Positions 1 through 18,116 of a DNA stretch of 31,917 nt are shown one piece after another (positions within the stretch are counted from its first letter, which is position 1; each line of letters opens with the position of its first letter). Source of the stretch: Gonapodya sp. JEL0774 (Eukaryota); NCBI GenBank assembly GCA_027604505.1, contig JADIIX010000089.1:62001-93917 (forward strand), read 5' to 3'. The translations under genes and the position numbers were made by a program. Below the pieces are notes generated by a model. That model was not told the DNA's origin, searched no databases, and saw only the letters and a program-made list of their open reading frames with translations.

Positions 1-834
1 GACGAAAAGCAGTTCGCCTTGCTGCAGCGAAGTGTGCTCTGGCTGCGCGCATGGATCGTGCGAGAGACTACCCAGACGGCAGTCAAGGTCAGGGCTGGCT
101 AGAAGAGATCACGAAGCGAATCGACAAAGCCATGGAGCCTCCTCCAGGGAAGGCGCAGAAACCCCTTCCGGCACCGGATGAGCTTCCGAAAAAGCGTCGG
201 GGCGGTCGGAGAGTTCGCAAGATGAAGGAACAATATGTGATGACTGAGGTTCGAAAGGCCTCGAATCGTATTCAGTTTAACGTTGCGGAAGAGGAGGCGA
301 TGGTGATGGGAAGCACAAAGGGGCTTGGGGTGATGGGAAACACAGGAAAGGTTAGAATGGCCAAAGACGACAGAGTCAAACGTACGTGTTCAAGGCAAAA
401 CACTCTGGTTTGACTTGAAAGCCGGTTTACAAACGTTATTGATATATTGACACCTCGATTGTTTTGTAGCTGGACTTGGTAAGGCTATGAATGCCCGCAT
501 TCAGAAGCTGTCGACGCCCAGCCAATCATCAGGTACATCTGGTTTGGCATCGTCGCTTGCTTTTACACCCGTGCAAGGTAAGCTGGAATAATCGGGAAGA
601 TCTCAGGTTGATAGTTCATTCATAAACCACCTTTTTCAACCAGGTATTGAACTTAACAACCCGGAGGCACAAAAGCAAAAAATCAATGACGTTAATGCGA
701 AGTGGTTTGGTGCTTTCAAGGGTTTTGTAAAGGTGGGCAAAGCGGGTGAAAGCTCTGCTGGAGGGGAAAGTGCCGCCCCTCTTCCAGTCAAAGGGACAAT
801 GGCACCACCTCCACCGAGACCGCCAACTAAATAA
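1..834 (+). CDS. PRP31: U4/U6 snRNP protein Prp31, 3' part (5' end outside window); exons <1-381, 470-577, 644-834
   Basis: Translation RKAVRLAAAKCALAARMD...EPPP...KPLPAPD..PKKRRGGRRVRKMKE...EVRKASNRIQF and SGLASSLAFTPVQGIELNNP are the Nop-domain end and C-terminal motifs of Prp31. GT-AG introns 382-469 and 578-643 join in frame; TAA at 832-834. Confidence 0.95.
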
Positions 835-1074
835 TAAGATATTCTAGCATCACTTAGTGTAAATAACGAAATTGCTTGTTCAAATATCCCAGTAAACTCG
901 CTTCCCCGATAATCAGAGGGAAGAACACTCCATTCAAGTACAAATTGCATTGTATTGGCCTTCTAAACATGGCATAAGACTCACATGCCGAATAATGTCC
1001 GGGTATATAATCTGAATTTACTGTAAATGGGAGCTACAGGAATACCATCTCTCCAATGTCTCGACCGTGACGCT

Positions 1075-3045
<1,971 letters not shown>

Positions 3046-3734
3046 TACGGCTGTAAACATAACGAAGTCAATATTCAAATGGGCGACCGTTATAAAAAGG
3101 GAGTGGGGGAAATGCGATCTGGGCCGGCCACAAGGTGTGACTACCCACAACACACCCCTGAAAGTTACACTCCTCTCGTTTATCACCTGTTTGAGGCTCC
3201 TGCTTTATTCTGATGTCTGGTAATCTCACTATAACTTTCGATTATCGGAATCCAATGTGATTATCGCGAGAGGAAGTTACTCAACTTCACCCTTGGTTGG
3301 GGAAACGAAGCGGGCAATAATTACACGAACAAGATCCAATTAGAACATGAAGCATTAATCATTGTTACAATTTTTGCGTTGAATCGGTTTGGAACTGTCT
3401 GTGCGCGAGCGGAGACACAAATTTACTGGAGTCGCTAGGAGCTCTCGAATCCACTATTAGGAAGAGATATCGAAATTACATCTGAGATTGTTTGTAGAAA
3501 CGCAAGACGGGATTGAGAAAGTGAATGAAAAGTGAGGAAAAACGAAGTTCACCCCACTGGTCAACAATGAGTCTGAATGCACGATCACATCTGCACCGGG
3601 AACTATGATCTGAAAAAGAGCACCAAACTCACAATACAACTATTAACATCATAAGGGAAACTGAAGAACACATACAGAATATACATTTTCACACAAAATT
3701 CTAAACACCCATGCACAGACGGGTCGAACCCATA

Positions 3735-5666
3735 CTACGGTTGGACCGATGAGCGGTCGGCAAGTAGTCTCCCCTCAGGTTCCAAAGAGTTAATGGAGAG
3801 AGACCCTCTCACCCACGAAGGAATATGCCAAGTTGTTTGGCTCCACGAGCTGTGTACGGTTGCAGGAGAGCCAGGCGATTGACCAATCCATGCAAAAGTC
3901 CGATCACGAATCAAACCATCCCGATGCCGGGCATGCGATATTGCGTGCATGAGGGATCGTTCCTGCGCAAAATAAATTTAAGTTCCATTCAATGATATCT
4001 GTCGTGTGCAAGAGTCCCACCAACCATCTCTATCTCCCGTTCCGCTCTCTGTACAAGCTTTCTCCGCTTCGCGTCATCTTCACGCTGCTGAAGCTCAAGA
4101 TTTGACCAGAAGCGCTCCAGCATGGGCGATGCACGGTCGGCCTGCGGAACAAACAATTACTGAAACTGAGTGGCTTCAAAAGTGTGCATTTCCCCGTACC
4201 TGCCAAGTCTGCAATAGAATGCTGGCGGCGGTTCTCTTCCGGCTATCTTTGTGGCTACGCTGAATGGCCTCGAGTCCTTCTCGCCATTGTTCCTCCACAG
4301 TGGGACGGTCTAAACACGCCCAACCAACCTGTGTCACCAATCCAATTGCTCTATCTGTGAAAACAATCGGGCAATTTCTGTGTCAAGTACCACACCTTTT
4401 CGAGATTCCACCGAATGAAAGCAATCAGGTTCCACTCTTTCGAAGTTTCGAAATATTGAATCGGCCTGAAGTTTGCTGGAGGAAGCAACGACAGCAAAGG
4501 CGCTACTGAAGGGTCTTCGGGTGGGTGTTGGTTCACTGGTCGAAGGGGCTTGCGACCTTCAATATTGGTAGGTGCGAGGGATGATGACAGGTGGAGATCA
4601 GGGGCTGGGTTTCGCGGTGCGGAGATCACATAAGGAGGTGAAGGAGGGTGAGAATCTGGGTTTGTTGTGCCTGCTGTGTTCAAGTCCGAGGGAGGGGAAC
4701 GTGGGCTGGGAGCTACACCAAGCCCAGGGATGTCGTCTTCTGCAGAAACAGCGACAGCAGTAGCGTCGTCATCTTCTTGAAAGCTGTGCGTCTCCAAGTT
4801 CGGCTCCTCTATACACCCGTTTGAGTCCTGATGATGGAGAGGGAAGAACCGGCGAAAGCATTTGCTCCATTCGTGTCAGACCGAAATGCACGAATCACCC
4901 AGCTTACATTCTCATATTTCGTAGAGGAGTTCGAGGGATCCCTCTTGTGCGAACTTTTCAGGCTGCTAGCGGAACTGGGAAGTAGTGTCACGGTAAGTCC
5001 GAAGAATCCGGACCGTTTTCCGAACAATTACCGACCTGCTATCTTTCCCACATTCAGTAACAAGATGTACGGGCATATCAGATCGACCGGTAGCTAACTC
5101 TGGGAAACTTCGTTGATTTTTCTGCGAGAATTTCACGATTGATTTGGAAGTAGAAGTTATGGGAATGGACTCCAAGCCACGAAAATGACACGTATGAGTT
5201 CATTATCACCTGCATGTTCCTTGTTGGACTCAATTGTTTGAAGTGAGCAGGCAACTCGCACGCGTCCGTCTCACGTCCGTCAGCATTGGTCGAAGAAGGA
5301 TTCGTTGTCCTAGAATCGCGATACAATGTTGCAAGTCCGCGCTGACTTTGATTCGAACCTGGAGCATCGACATTTGAGCAAGCAGAGCTTGATACTCCGA
5401 GATTGTCCAGTAAGTGGTGTTCAATACTCACTTGTTGCATCTGACAAGGAAATTGATGAATGATGCTCCGGGTGGTGCGTGTCCTCAAAAATGGGAATTT
5501 GCAGTTCGAGACCAGCGCTTCGAGCATGACGTTTCGCTTTGGAAGGTGGTCGCTCCTTCTTTTTCGAAGGCGGTCCAGGCAGCAGGTGCGAGTCGTTTAG
5601 ACGCTTCCTTTTGCGGGTGGTGAAACTGTCATCCGATTTCGAAACTTCGGATGAGCTCACAGACAT
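3735..5666 (-). CDS. Hypothetical ~480 aa protein, 8 exons (5666-5432, 5358-5210, 5121-5036, 4974-4908, 4827-4396, 4328-4200, 4141-4025, 3962-3735)
   Basis: Seven GT-AG introns with mutually consistent phases join several partial ORFs into one stop-free frame. Basic NLS-like N-terminus (RKRKR, PPSKKKER), low-complexity middle, helical C-terminal part. No family recognised. Confidence 0.6.
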
Positions 5667-6301
5667 CGCAGCTACTGTATGTACGGTCGCCTGTATTCTC
5701 AAATGCACGGTTGTTGATTCCTGTGAGTGAAAATAACTCCGAAGGCATCTCTCACATATTTTTCCAGCATGGAACAATTGTGTCCCAGTATTGCAAGCTC
5801 AACCCTCTTTTCAGATAATGATCTTGCGATTATGTAGATTCAATAACTACTGATGAGCGAGATCTGTCTTTACAGGGGAATTGCGGAAAAGTCCATATCA
5901 ACACGTACCAAAACCTCAATTTCCTATGTGATGCGTTACAAATCGTGCTATGCGTGACAATCCGTTGGTCACTGCATTCGCAAGCGCCTCGTTTCTCCTG
6001 TCGAGTTTGTATGTAATCAAGCAAATGAAGCCCTCGGGGGATCGCGGACACCAGAACATGTGATCCTCACACATACAGTTACTGTTACTGGCATTTACAT
6101 AAATCAAAATAAGAAGAGATAATTGAATAAACGAGTGTACATATAGTTTTTATGGGCTCGCTCACAACAAAAATATGATGGTGCTGGGAATTGGCAGGTG
6201 GGTGTTTCCCATCGCTGGCCAGCTTGGGGTTGGATTCCAGTTCCCTCCCTCATTCGAACTGAAGTGCCGCATTCTTCTCGCACACATCCGTATCGTTTCA
6301 T

Positions 6302-7649
6302 ATGGCGGACACTGAATCTCAATCTGGACTGCTTTCCCTCGACCCGGACGAGAAGTTGGAGTTCAAACGCCCCTTCCAATCCACAAGTAAGCAGACACTG
6401 AAGGTGACCAACACATCAAATGACCACATCGGTGAGTTTTAGCTTTTAATGTAGAATGGAGGTGCTACTAGCAGCATAGAGGATTCGGATGTGGAGGAAT
6501 TGCACGGAACTGGTCTTACGAGAGCAACCTGCATTCGCGCGTGCTCTGCAGCCTGTGCCCTCGGTAGTCGGTGCAGATTGGCAGATTATTAAACGCGGTT
6601 GAGAGAGCTGTCTGGTGTGAATCATCTGTCTTGTCCCCTTGTCACGCTCGTCGTTCCAAAACGTCATTGCCAACACCTCCTTGTGAATCCCATCCTCTTT
6701 CTTATGGCCGCGAACCTTATATGCTGCAATTCGCTGTTCCTTCCGTCACCTCACAATGTCACGCGGGATATCTGGTCTTACTGACAACCACAAATTTTAC
6801 CACCATCTCACACTTCCTGTGCTTCGTAATTTGGAATATTTCATCATCGGAACATTCGTGGTGAATTGATTCTCGGGAACCTCCTACCATTATGTTTCTC
6901 CACTGCGGCATCATCGCCTCGTCACGGCCTACTCCTTCACCTAACCAACCACGTCGAATTCTACGGGACCGCCAGCATTCAAGGTTAAAACTACTGCACC
7001 GAAGCAGTATTGCGTCCGTCCCAATGCCGGTCGTATCGCCCCTGGCCAGTTTATGTCGGTCGAAATTCTCCTGCAACCTATGAAGGACGACCCACCGGCC
7101 GACTTCAAATGCAAGGACAAATTCCTTGTCCAGGGAGTCAAAATACCAAAGAAGATCTTAGAAGAGGAGCAAACCGATGATCTCGCTGCACGTCTCCAAG
7201 AAGTTTGGGCGACTGCAGAATCCCAGAAGAAGGACCCACAATTCGCAGGTTCCATTATGGCGGAGAAAAAACTTCGTGTCGTATTCACGGGAGAGTCTGC
7301 TGCCAGGTCGCCGCCTCCCTTGCCGGCTGGCGATGCGGGCGATTCCGCTCCTTCACCTTTTTCGGGAGGAAATGCTGCAACGCAGCAGCTCCCGACAGGC
7401 CCAGTACTGTCGTCCCTTCCACGTGAGGACTTGGAGCGGCAACTGACTGAAGCACAGCAGCAAGTACGGAAGTTGCAGGCGAATTACGAGTCACTCAAGC
7501 AGTCTTCCAGCTCCGCCTCCGCGAAGGGTAAGAAGGGCAGCCAGTCGATTACCTTCGCGAAAAAGGAACGTGACATGTCACTTGATATCAAGATGGTGGC
7601 GCTTGTGGCATTGATTGCGTTCATTTTGGGTTACTGGCTGAGCAAGTAG
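6302..7649 (+). CDS. SCS2: VAMP-associated protein (VAP/Scs2 family; MSP domain, coiled coil, C-terminal TM anchor); exons 6302-6431, 6976-7649
   Basis: Spliced LEFKRPF..LKVTN..I|AFKVKTTAPKQYCVRPNAG is the VAP MSP signature; KCKDKFLVQ; coiled coil; terminal hydrophobic helix MVALVALIAFILGYWL. Confidence 0.93.
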
Positions 7650-8095
7650 AGTGGAGATGTCGGACATTTTCTCCACCGACAAATGGCAGAACGGGGCTAC
7701 TGTTTCCTTATCGATTGCCGAAAGGTTGTCTAGAAAGGGGGTTTGGACTCTACATGTTATTGAGTGAAAGCGTGGATTAGAAAATTGGTTGCCTTTGATG
7801 AATCCAATTACTGTTTTTAGTCACTTCTCCCCAATCTGCATCTTACTGTAAAAGTTCTCAAAGATTTTTGTCCTGGATGCAACTTTCGTTATGTGATGTC
7901 TTGACTTGCATAAGGGAGGCTGGGAGTCTTATCAGCGACCAACTCCAACGGACTTGTGGAATTTTAATTTGCAGTGGATACTTCACACAATTGCTCGAAG
8001 CTCGTGTCTATCACCCAGGCGGCCTCTGTGACTCGGATATCGGCGTTTCTTGGAAGCCGCTAAATTCGTCGTAGTTCAAGAACTGAAACACCAAA

Positions 8096-9488
8096 ATGTC
8101 GGGCGCGCGCCTGAACGTTTTCCCCACGCGGATGTAAGTTGGGGATCCCTTGGACAACCATGCTGCTCAAAGGTCCGCGAAACTCTATCAGTGAGGTGAT
8201 TCAGACTGTGGGTGGAGTGGGAGCACCCCGAATCGGGGACCCCGAACAACGGCAATCCTGCGATGTAATGCTGGAGAAGACCTTGCTCTTTCTCTACGGT
8301 CGTCGCATTTTAATTTGCCGCTCGAGTGACTGTGATCAATATATCCAACCTGGAGCATCTTCCCGATCGCAGGGCGCTCGCGTCAATGAAATTGAAACTC
8401 AAAGGAGCGCACACCGGTCACTCATTGCTCAAGCGCAAAGCTGAAGCTCTGACCAGGAGGTTCAGGGACATTGTCAAGAAGATCGACGAGGTCAGTACCT
8501 TCGACCACGATTTGACCTGGTCTATATCGTTTAATGATGCTCTCCCTCGCGGCATATCTGAACATGCGCAACGCAACTGACCCATTGGGATTCTTCATCT
8601 TCCCATTCGATTCGATAAAATCAGGCAAAGAAGAAGATGGGCAAGGTCATGCAGGTCGCATCATTCTCTCTGGCTGAGGTTCTCTACATTACTGGAGATA
8701 TAAAGTGGGGAACTATCGAGGGTTCTTCGTAGCCGTCTTCCAATTTCTACAGTGCATCTTTTGGTGTAAAGTTTTCAAGTCCGCGAGTCCGTCAAAACCG
8801 CACAGTACAAAGTTAAATCACACACCGAAAACGTATCTGGTGTTATGCTTCCTGTATTTGAGGGTTATGCTGAAGGTGGAAACGGTTCGTTTGATTTGGA
8901 GACGTGGATTTATCTTTTGTGGAGTACACTGACCCGGTTGGTTACTTCGTGTCACATAGTCTTCGAACTCACCGGTCTGGGCCGTGGCGGACAACAGATT
9001 CAAAAATGTCGTGACACTTACAGGAAGGCGATTGAGGTCCTGGTAGAACTCGCCTCACTGCAGGTTTGTTCGTCATCAGGTAATGATAGTATGATGATAA
9101 CCCACGAAGCGGAACGGTGCTGCCTCATTCCCTCTCAGACTGCGTTCGTCATACTGGACGAAGTCATCAAGATTACGAATCGGCGTGTGAATGCCATCGA
9201 GCACGTCATTATTCCCAGGATTGAGAATACGATTTCCTACGTCATATCGGAACTCGACGAGCTGGACCGTGAAGAGTTCTATCGGCTCAAGAAAGTGCAG
9301 GGTAAGAAGAAGCAGGTTAAGGATAAGGCAGAGGCGGAGGCCGCCAAGGTCCGAATGATCACGAAAGAAGGTGAGCGGTCCCAGTTTGCCCTCGCTTGAA
9401 GCTGGTTCTGACACCAAGTATGACAATAGCTAACGGTCAGCCTCCCAACCTACTTGATGATGAGAAGGACGAAGATGTTATTTTCTAA
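8096..9488 (+). CDS. VMA8: V-type proton ATPase subunit D; exons 8096-8133, 8373-8490, 8625-8704, 8772-8884, 8960-9063, 9139-9370, 9430-9488
   Basis: [93 protein letters not shown]-terminal DEDVIF*. Six GT-AG introns in frame. Confidence 0.96.
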
Positions 9489-9609
9489 GTCCAACTGATG
9501 AAACGGTGGCTGCAAAAGTGTAAATTGGAAATTTTTTCGAAGACAAGATGGTTTCAGTCTACATTGTATGAATCCTCAGTTTGGGGCACAGTAAAGCAAA
9601 ATGATTAAT

Positions 9610-12600
9610 CTATCGAGGACCGTAGCTTAAACCATATCGAGAAGAGTCCCATTGTCCACCGGGTGGTGCACTTGGTGGAGGCGGTTGACTTGCGTGGCGA
9701 GCTGGAAGTTGGGGAGGTGGAGGGGCTCCGGGCCATTGTCCTGGCAACCTAGAACCCGGGGGAGGGGACCCAGAAGGAGGGCCGTACGGAGAACTCCGTG
9801 GCTGAGATGATCCAGCTGAGGAAATGGGTACGTTTTTCAAGCTGCTATCTGTGTAAGGGTAAACCGACGGATAAGCTCCAACTCCGTGGTCTAAAGGTGC
9901 TCCTCCCGCATCTGGAGGTTGCTCCAATCGCAGTTCAGACAGCGATTCGGTGATGCTTTTGACGAGAAATTGTTGCTCTACTCGTCGTGCAGCAACGAAG
10001 TCACGAACTTGCAAGTCAAATTTCTCACTGCAAAATGATGCCGGGGGATGACCACACGCATTGAGCCAACAAGGTGGATAACCAACTCCAGACCGGGACA
10101 AACGTACACATGTGGCAACATCTCGCTGTAAAACTTCATTCCTTGTTGGACATTCTGGGAAATTTCCCGAAACGCCTTGTAAGCAGAATCGAGATTTTGA
10201 ATCGCAACTTCTCGCTGTCGAAAAGTTTCGTCTTTAGTGCTGTCCCGGACGAACGCTTCATTGAGAGTCTGAGGACAGATATCAACCTATTGAGCGGATT
10301 TGAAACCCAATTTGGGGGATGAATTGCGCACCTTCAGTTGAGACATCACTTTGCTTTCCTCAACCTCCAGATTGCGAAGCTGAAGCTTCAACTCCTCGAA
10401 CTTTATCACCCCTTTGCTAAATATCTCGTCGTTGTTAATCTCTTGCTTATTTGCTGCCATCTCCAACAACTGTGGGTCTGAAAAAGTCAAAACTCATAAA
10501 ACTGTGGAGTTCCCTACATAACAGCATCAGTACCCACGAACATCATCTTCACGAGCTAACTTCTTGACACGCGCAATTGTGTCATTCCGCTGAGCCATCA
10601 CCCCATTCAGTTTTGCGAGATGAAGTTTGAGCTGTTGGACAGTTGGGTTTTGAATCATCTTTTGAGCGCTGGCAGCAGTCGAAATCGGAATTGCAGCTTC
10701 AAGATCCGTCTTAGGGAGATATTGCGCATGAGTCACCCAGCAAAACGAGGAGTAAATCCCGGAACGAACTTACTCTGGAGCTGCCAAGCTGGTCAATGTT
10801 AGCACCGTGATCATCCAACTTCTTACGAATGGTTTGGTCGCTCTTCGCTGCCACAGCAAGCTTCGAGCTCAACGTAATACCATTTCCACGGAGTGCCTTT
10901 GTGAGCTCGTCTGACGATGTTCGAGTCCACTGGCAGTTCAAAGAGAAAACATGTGATACGTGAGGCGGAATGCGAAAGATGACGTGGCTTGAAACGAACC
11001 TTGGCACCAAATTGCGACTTCAGTTGCCGATCTTCCATAGCTTCGTCATCGAGAGCCTTCATAGCCTTTTGCAGGAAACTTACTCAGATATTGCACAGAT
11101 CCCCATGTTCAAATGCGCGAGTGTCATCTACCAGCTGCATTTTCTTGTTTGCTTCCATCGATAGTGTGCTGATGGTTGCCAGAGATTCCTCCAGTCCCGA
11201 TAAACCACCACTACTTCGCACTTCTTCTGCGTGTTTTAATATGCTAGGAGGGACACCCTTGGGCTGTTCCATCGCCTCGATTGATCCTGGAAGCTTCATA
11301 GAGGCAAGTGCGCTGAACTCAAAAGCAGGTTGTCGGTACTTATACGCGCCACTCCCAATTGTCCTTATTCTCGTTACTCACGCGTTCGTTCCGTCTGTTC
11401 TCTCTCTTGCTGCCTCGTCGAGCTCATTAACCAGTTTGTCCCGTTTTGTGGTATAAACCGAGGCAGCCTGATGCACTGCCACTGGTACAAGCTTGTTGAA
11501 GAAAGGAGTACCGACTGACTCGATCGCTGGCGCGTTGTTGTCCGGAAGTGTTGGAGGGAAGGCTGCTACCTGGACAAGCACAGCAGCTTTTATGGGCACC
11601 AGCACTTCAAGTTTCGGAACGGTTTGATGGTAGATAATGTCGTTGTCCTTGTTGGCGGCAACAGATGCCTCGGTGATGGTACCACGAAGACCCTGCAAAA
11701 ATGCGTTCGATGTCCGGGTCGTAGGGTCAATGAAGGGAATTGATTACCTTGAGCCTCTCAACAATGTGCGGCCCCACTGACGCCATGAGATCCTTTGCAC
11801 CCAAAGCCAAATCAATGGTTTGTCCAGCTACATCAAGTCTGCCTACTTGCTCTCCAAACTCTCCTTTGGCACCAGCAACCCGTGCTTGACGATATTGTGC
11901 GATAGAGGAGAAAATGAGATTCTTTGCGCGGAGTGTGTTGATAAAGGTTGGGATAAATACACCCGCAGTGGTAGACGTGCGGTGCGCCTCGAGGTACAAT
12001 TCGGATGCAGCGAATGCCACGCGAGCGAGCACCGCATCGGTGCTCTTGTTCTCTGGAGAAATGGTTCGAGCCGTTTCCTGAAACAGGTGGATGACTCTCG
12101 ATAACTTCGGACTTACGAGGTAGCATTGCTCGGTTCCATGCGCACTCTTCGAAGTGACATAGAAAATTTGCGTTTCGGGATTCGTTGAGGGCAAGTTACG
12201 GAAGAGTCACGTACCTTGTGCTTGCGCGAGACAAATGGAAACCAGGGTCCGTAGCACAGCTTCGGACATGTCGGGTGGAAGAGATGAGTGGAAGTCGGTT
12301 CGCAGGAGACCAAGGAAGTTCTAATGACAGAAATGGCAGACTTCAGCTGAGTCATTGCTAGGCCCGTTCAATCACGGATTAGACTCACCTGAAAAACACC
12401 GGCGGCTTTCTGTCGCCAAGGAAAATCTCAGTAAGTACTAGATTCCAGATCCCCCGCCGGATCTCTCCGACTTCGAACCTGCAAGTGCGCCGCTGCTCTA
12501 GTCGCCCCGTCCGCCGTCGTCCGATCTTCATCCAAAGCCAATATAGTAAGCATGGCTCCAATGTTCCACAATACATTTGCCCGCTCATACGCCAATCCAT

Positions 12601-13021
12601 ATCCTGTCTGAGTCTTTGCGATCGTCGCTTTTGGATTGGGGTCGAACGATATAGTCCAGGAAAACGGAATCTTGAGCGTATTCTCGTCAGGGGGAAACTT
12701 GGATGATATATAATTTAGTTGGAAGAAGTATCTACAGAGAATCGTGAAGACGAAACAGTGATGATGCGTCACACGAATGGCGAGGATATCACTTATCTCC
12801 CACTTGAACAATCGTCTCACGGATACCGCACTCGGCTGTATAGCAATACACTCGTTCCTGAGTGCCTCCAGTTCCCTAAAATCCTCCGCATAGTCCTCCG
12901 GATTCTCCTGGAAGGCTTGCCGAATGTAAGTCCCCAGCATTTGTCGCATCCTTGGTGCAGATTCAGATTTGCGCGTGGCAGCATAGAGGAAATCTAAATG
13001 TAGGGCGGTGAGTGATGACAT
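9610..13021 (-). CDS. Bro1-domain / V-domain protein with Pro-rich tail, most like pH-response regulator PalA/Rim20 (ALIX family); many exons, including a 21-nt micro-exon at 12409-12389
   Basis: Bro1 motifs LAYERANVLWNIGA, KAAGVFQ, CLAQAQEC, KDNDIIYHQTVP; LPGSIEAMEQPKGVPPSILKHAEEVR typical of PalA/Rim20; Pro-rich C-terminus. 3' exon boundaries were not all resolved. Confidence 0.88.
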
Positions 13022-13351
13022 TTCTGTGTTGAATTGGGGTAGCGCCGTACCTCGGGGAGGATTCATGATGATGGGAGAGGGTGGTTGGTGGGGTGTGCGG
13101 CTGAACTCTGTCCCAACGGACGCAAGTGGTCCCCGCACCCGTCATCATGATTCACACGTTACATCGAATGGCGTAGTTCGACATTTAATTTGTCGTTTCG
13201 TGCAATAACCACGGCTACAAAGATATGAGAACTTGGATCTCTACGTGCTGATGAACAGAAAACAATCAGCTGCCAAGTAGACAACCGATGAACAGCATTC
13301 GATTAGCTTTCCCATAAGCTCCTGCAGCGGCTATTTCAATGATTCAAATAC

Positions 13352-14759
<1,408 letters not shown>

Positions 14760-15008
14760 GGTTGCGATATTATGTGAGTGAAACGTTGTTGATGGTGACT
14801 GGAATTCAGGGTATCAGAGGGTCTGATGATTCACATCGACAGTCACCATTATTTGCTGCGACTTCCTCAAACTCTCTTCACAACTCAAGCGCACGAAGCA
14901 TTTCAAAAAAATGAACGTATAAATTCTATTTCATAAATGAATTTGCAACTTTGCTCAATTGAAGTGCCAAACACAGTCACAGAGTCCCCCCACACCCAAC
15001 ACCCCTCG

Positions 15009-16620
<1,612 letters not shown>

Positions 16621-17159
16621 GTTATTTGAATCGCGATGGGTGAAAGAGAAACTTCAGAGAAGAAGAAGTCCCCACAGGGACTGTGCACAACTACGGCACC
16701 CGGCCGGCCACCCGATGGGCTAGTTGGACAGCCGCTCACACTTGACGCATAAATCCCTTGGCGGAGCAAAGGTTGCAAGGTAGATCTGCTGTTCCTCGAT
16801 AAATATCTGAGTGTGCAACCAGACTCGCCAACTGATATTCCTGTATCCGACAATCACCAACTTTGTTTCTGAAACTGGATCTTGCTGAAATCGGCTAGCC
16901 GCTGAAGTTTAATCTCAATGATGACGAGAAGATCCCATATTGAAGACAGCACCATTATGTACAGGACGTCTTTTCGGTGGTGCGCCACGAGTTCGAGGAC
17001 TCCCCCAACGCTCAACAAGTGATTGAACTTTTCTTCATGTAGTCATTAGTACTCGTTCTGCGCAAACGCGTGTTCCCGTCACTGCGTCACCAGTGTAAGT
17101 TTGGGGACTGGAATGGTTGAGAACGTAAAAGCGTCCTGCTCGTGAAGTATTATAATAAA

Positions 17160-18116
17160 ATGGAGATTTGATCAATGTCCGAAGGTTTGATCCAGCATCA
17201 CTATTGCAAGCGGGAGTTGTGGGACTCACATATAATACGATTCGGCGGGAGCGCGCAAGCAGATCTCAATATATCATATGGTGACTTAAAAAAAGCCGTC
17301 CGACCCAGAACACCAGCGTCAATTCCCCGCCCGGACTCGATTCTTTCGTGCCGATCTTTTATCAGGTGATCGATGCGTTTGCCGTGACTCGTCTCTTCCC
17401 GTGCATTCACGTGTGGTGGTTGTCCCATCCATTAGCTCCTTCTCCTGAACCCAATCCCATCTCTATGCGTCTCTCACATATTCTTCTTGTGGCTTCGTTT
17501 GTCTCTATGACCATCTCCGGAATTTCCGCTGCTGCTTATAATCTCCGCAACTGTACTGGCAGCGGTTCAAACTCTTGGAAAGTCGTACGATTCGAGGGTC
17601 TGTTTAGCACCAATTTCCAAGGAGTTTTCCCTTTCGTTGATCAGGATTCTTGGGGAAGTCCTGGTCCTGGATGTGATATAAATTCTGGCGGCGGCGGAAC
17701 TTGCCAATTCGGAGATTACTTTTTTTGGGATCCAAATAACGCGGACTTAACTTTGATCAATTTGATTCTCGATTCAAACTGGAGATCTCGAGCAACTTGG
17801 GATGTGTGTGGGAAAGCCACTCTCTTGGAGGGCTCGGGAAACGCGATGGATGGGAAGACGGACTTGAAGGTGTACAAATGAGTTATCCCTTGACGTGAAT
17901 TGCGTTCTACATTTTCTAATCTCATCACAATTCTCGGTTGCCGCGTTCCGTCTTGACCGTGTGTTGTTATTCAGAATGCCTCCAACACCCTCTGTCGGAG
18001 ATGCGGGATGTTGGACGCAAGCGCTCATCCTTGATTGATGCTGTGTCCGGTTGAGGACAATAAGGAGCTCGGTATGAACCAAGTATGTTGTAGCGATCGT
18101 ACAATACGTGAGATCT
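17160..18116 (+). repeat. Left arm of large inverted duplication (partner 20457-~21415)
   Basis: Reverse-complement alignment by eye: 17905-18091 is identical to 20668-20482. Homology ends at AGATCT (18111-18116 / 20457-20462). Upstream homology decays gradually (GGCGGGAGC..AAGCAGATCTCAAT and TGTCCG..GGTTTGATC blocks). Outer limit approximate. Confidence 0.93.
17465..17881 (+). CDS. Small secreted 4-Cys protein, copy A (138 aa, intronless, unknown family)
   Basis: Signal-peptide-like MRLSHILLVASFVSMTISGISA. Start, stop and frame are conserved with paralog B, with synonymous changes in conserved blocks. Four Cys and an NCT sequon. Confidence 0.82.
   Translation: MRLSHILLVASFVSMTISGISAAAYNLRNCTGSGSNSWKVVRFEGLFSTNFQGVFPFVDQDSWGSPGPGCDINSGGGGTCQFGDYFFWDPNNADLTLINLILDSNWRSRATWDVCGKATLLEGSGNAMDGKTDLKVYK

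Noticed and set aside
16918..17005. Box C-like ATGATGA and a GTTCGA tRNA-like motif
   Set aside because: No downstream box D or terminal stem, and no T-stem or cloverleaf.
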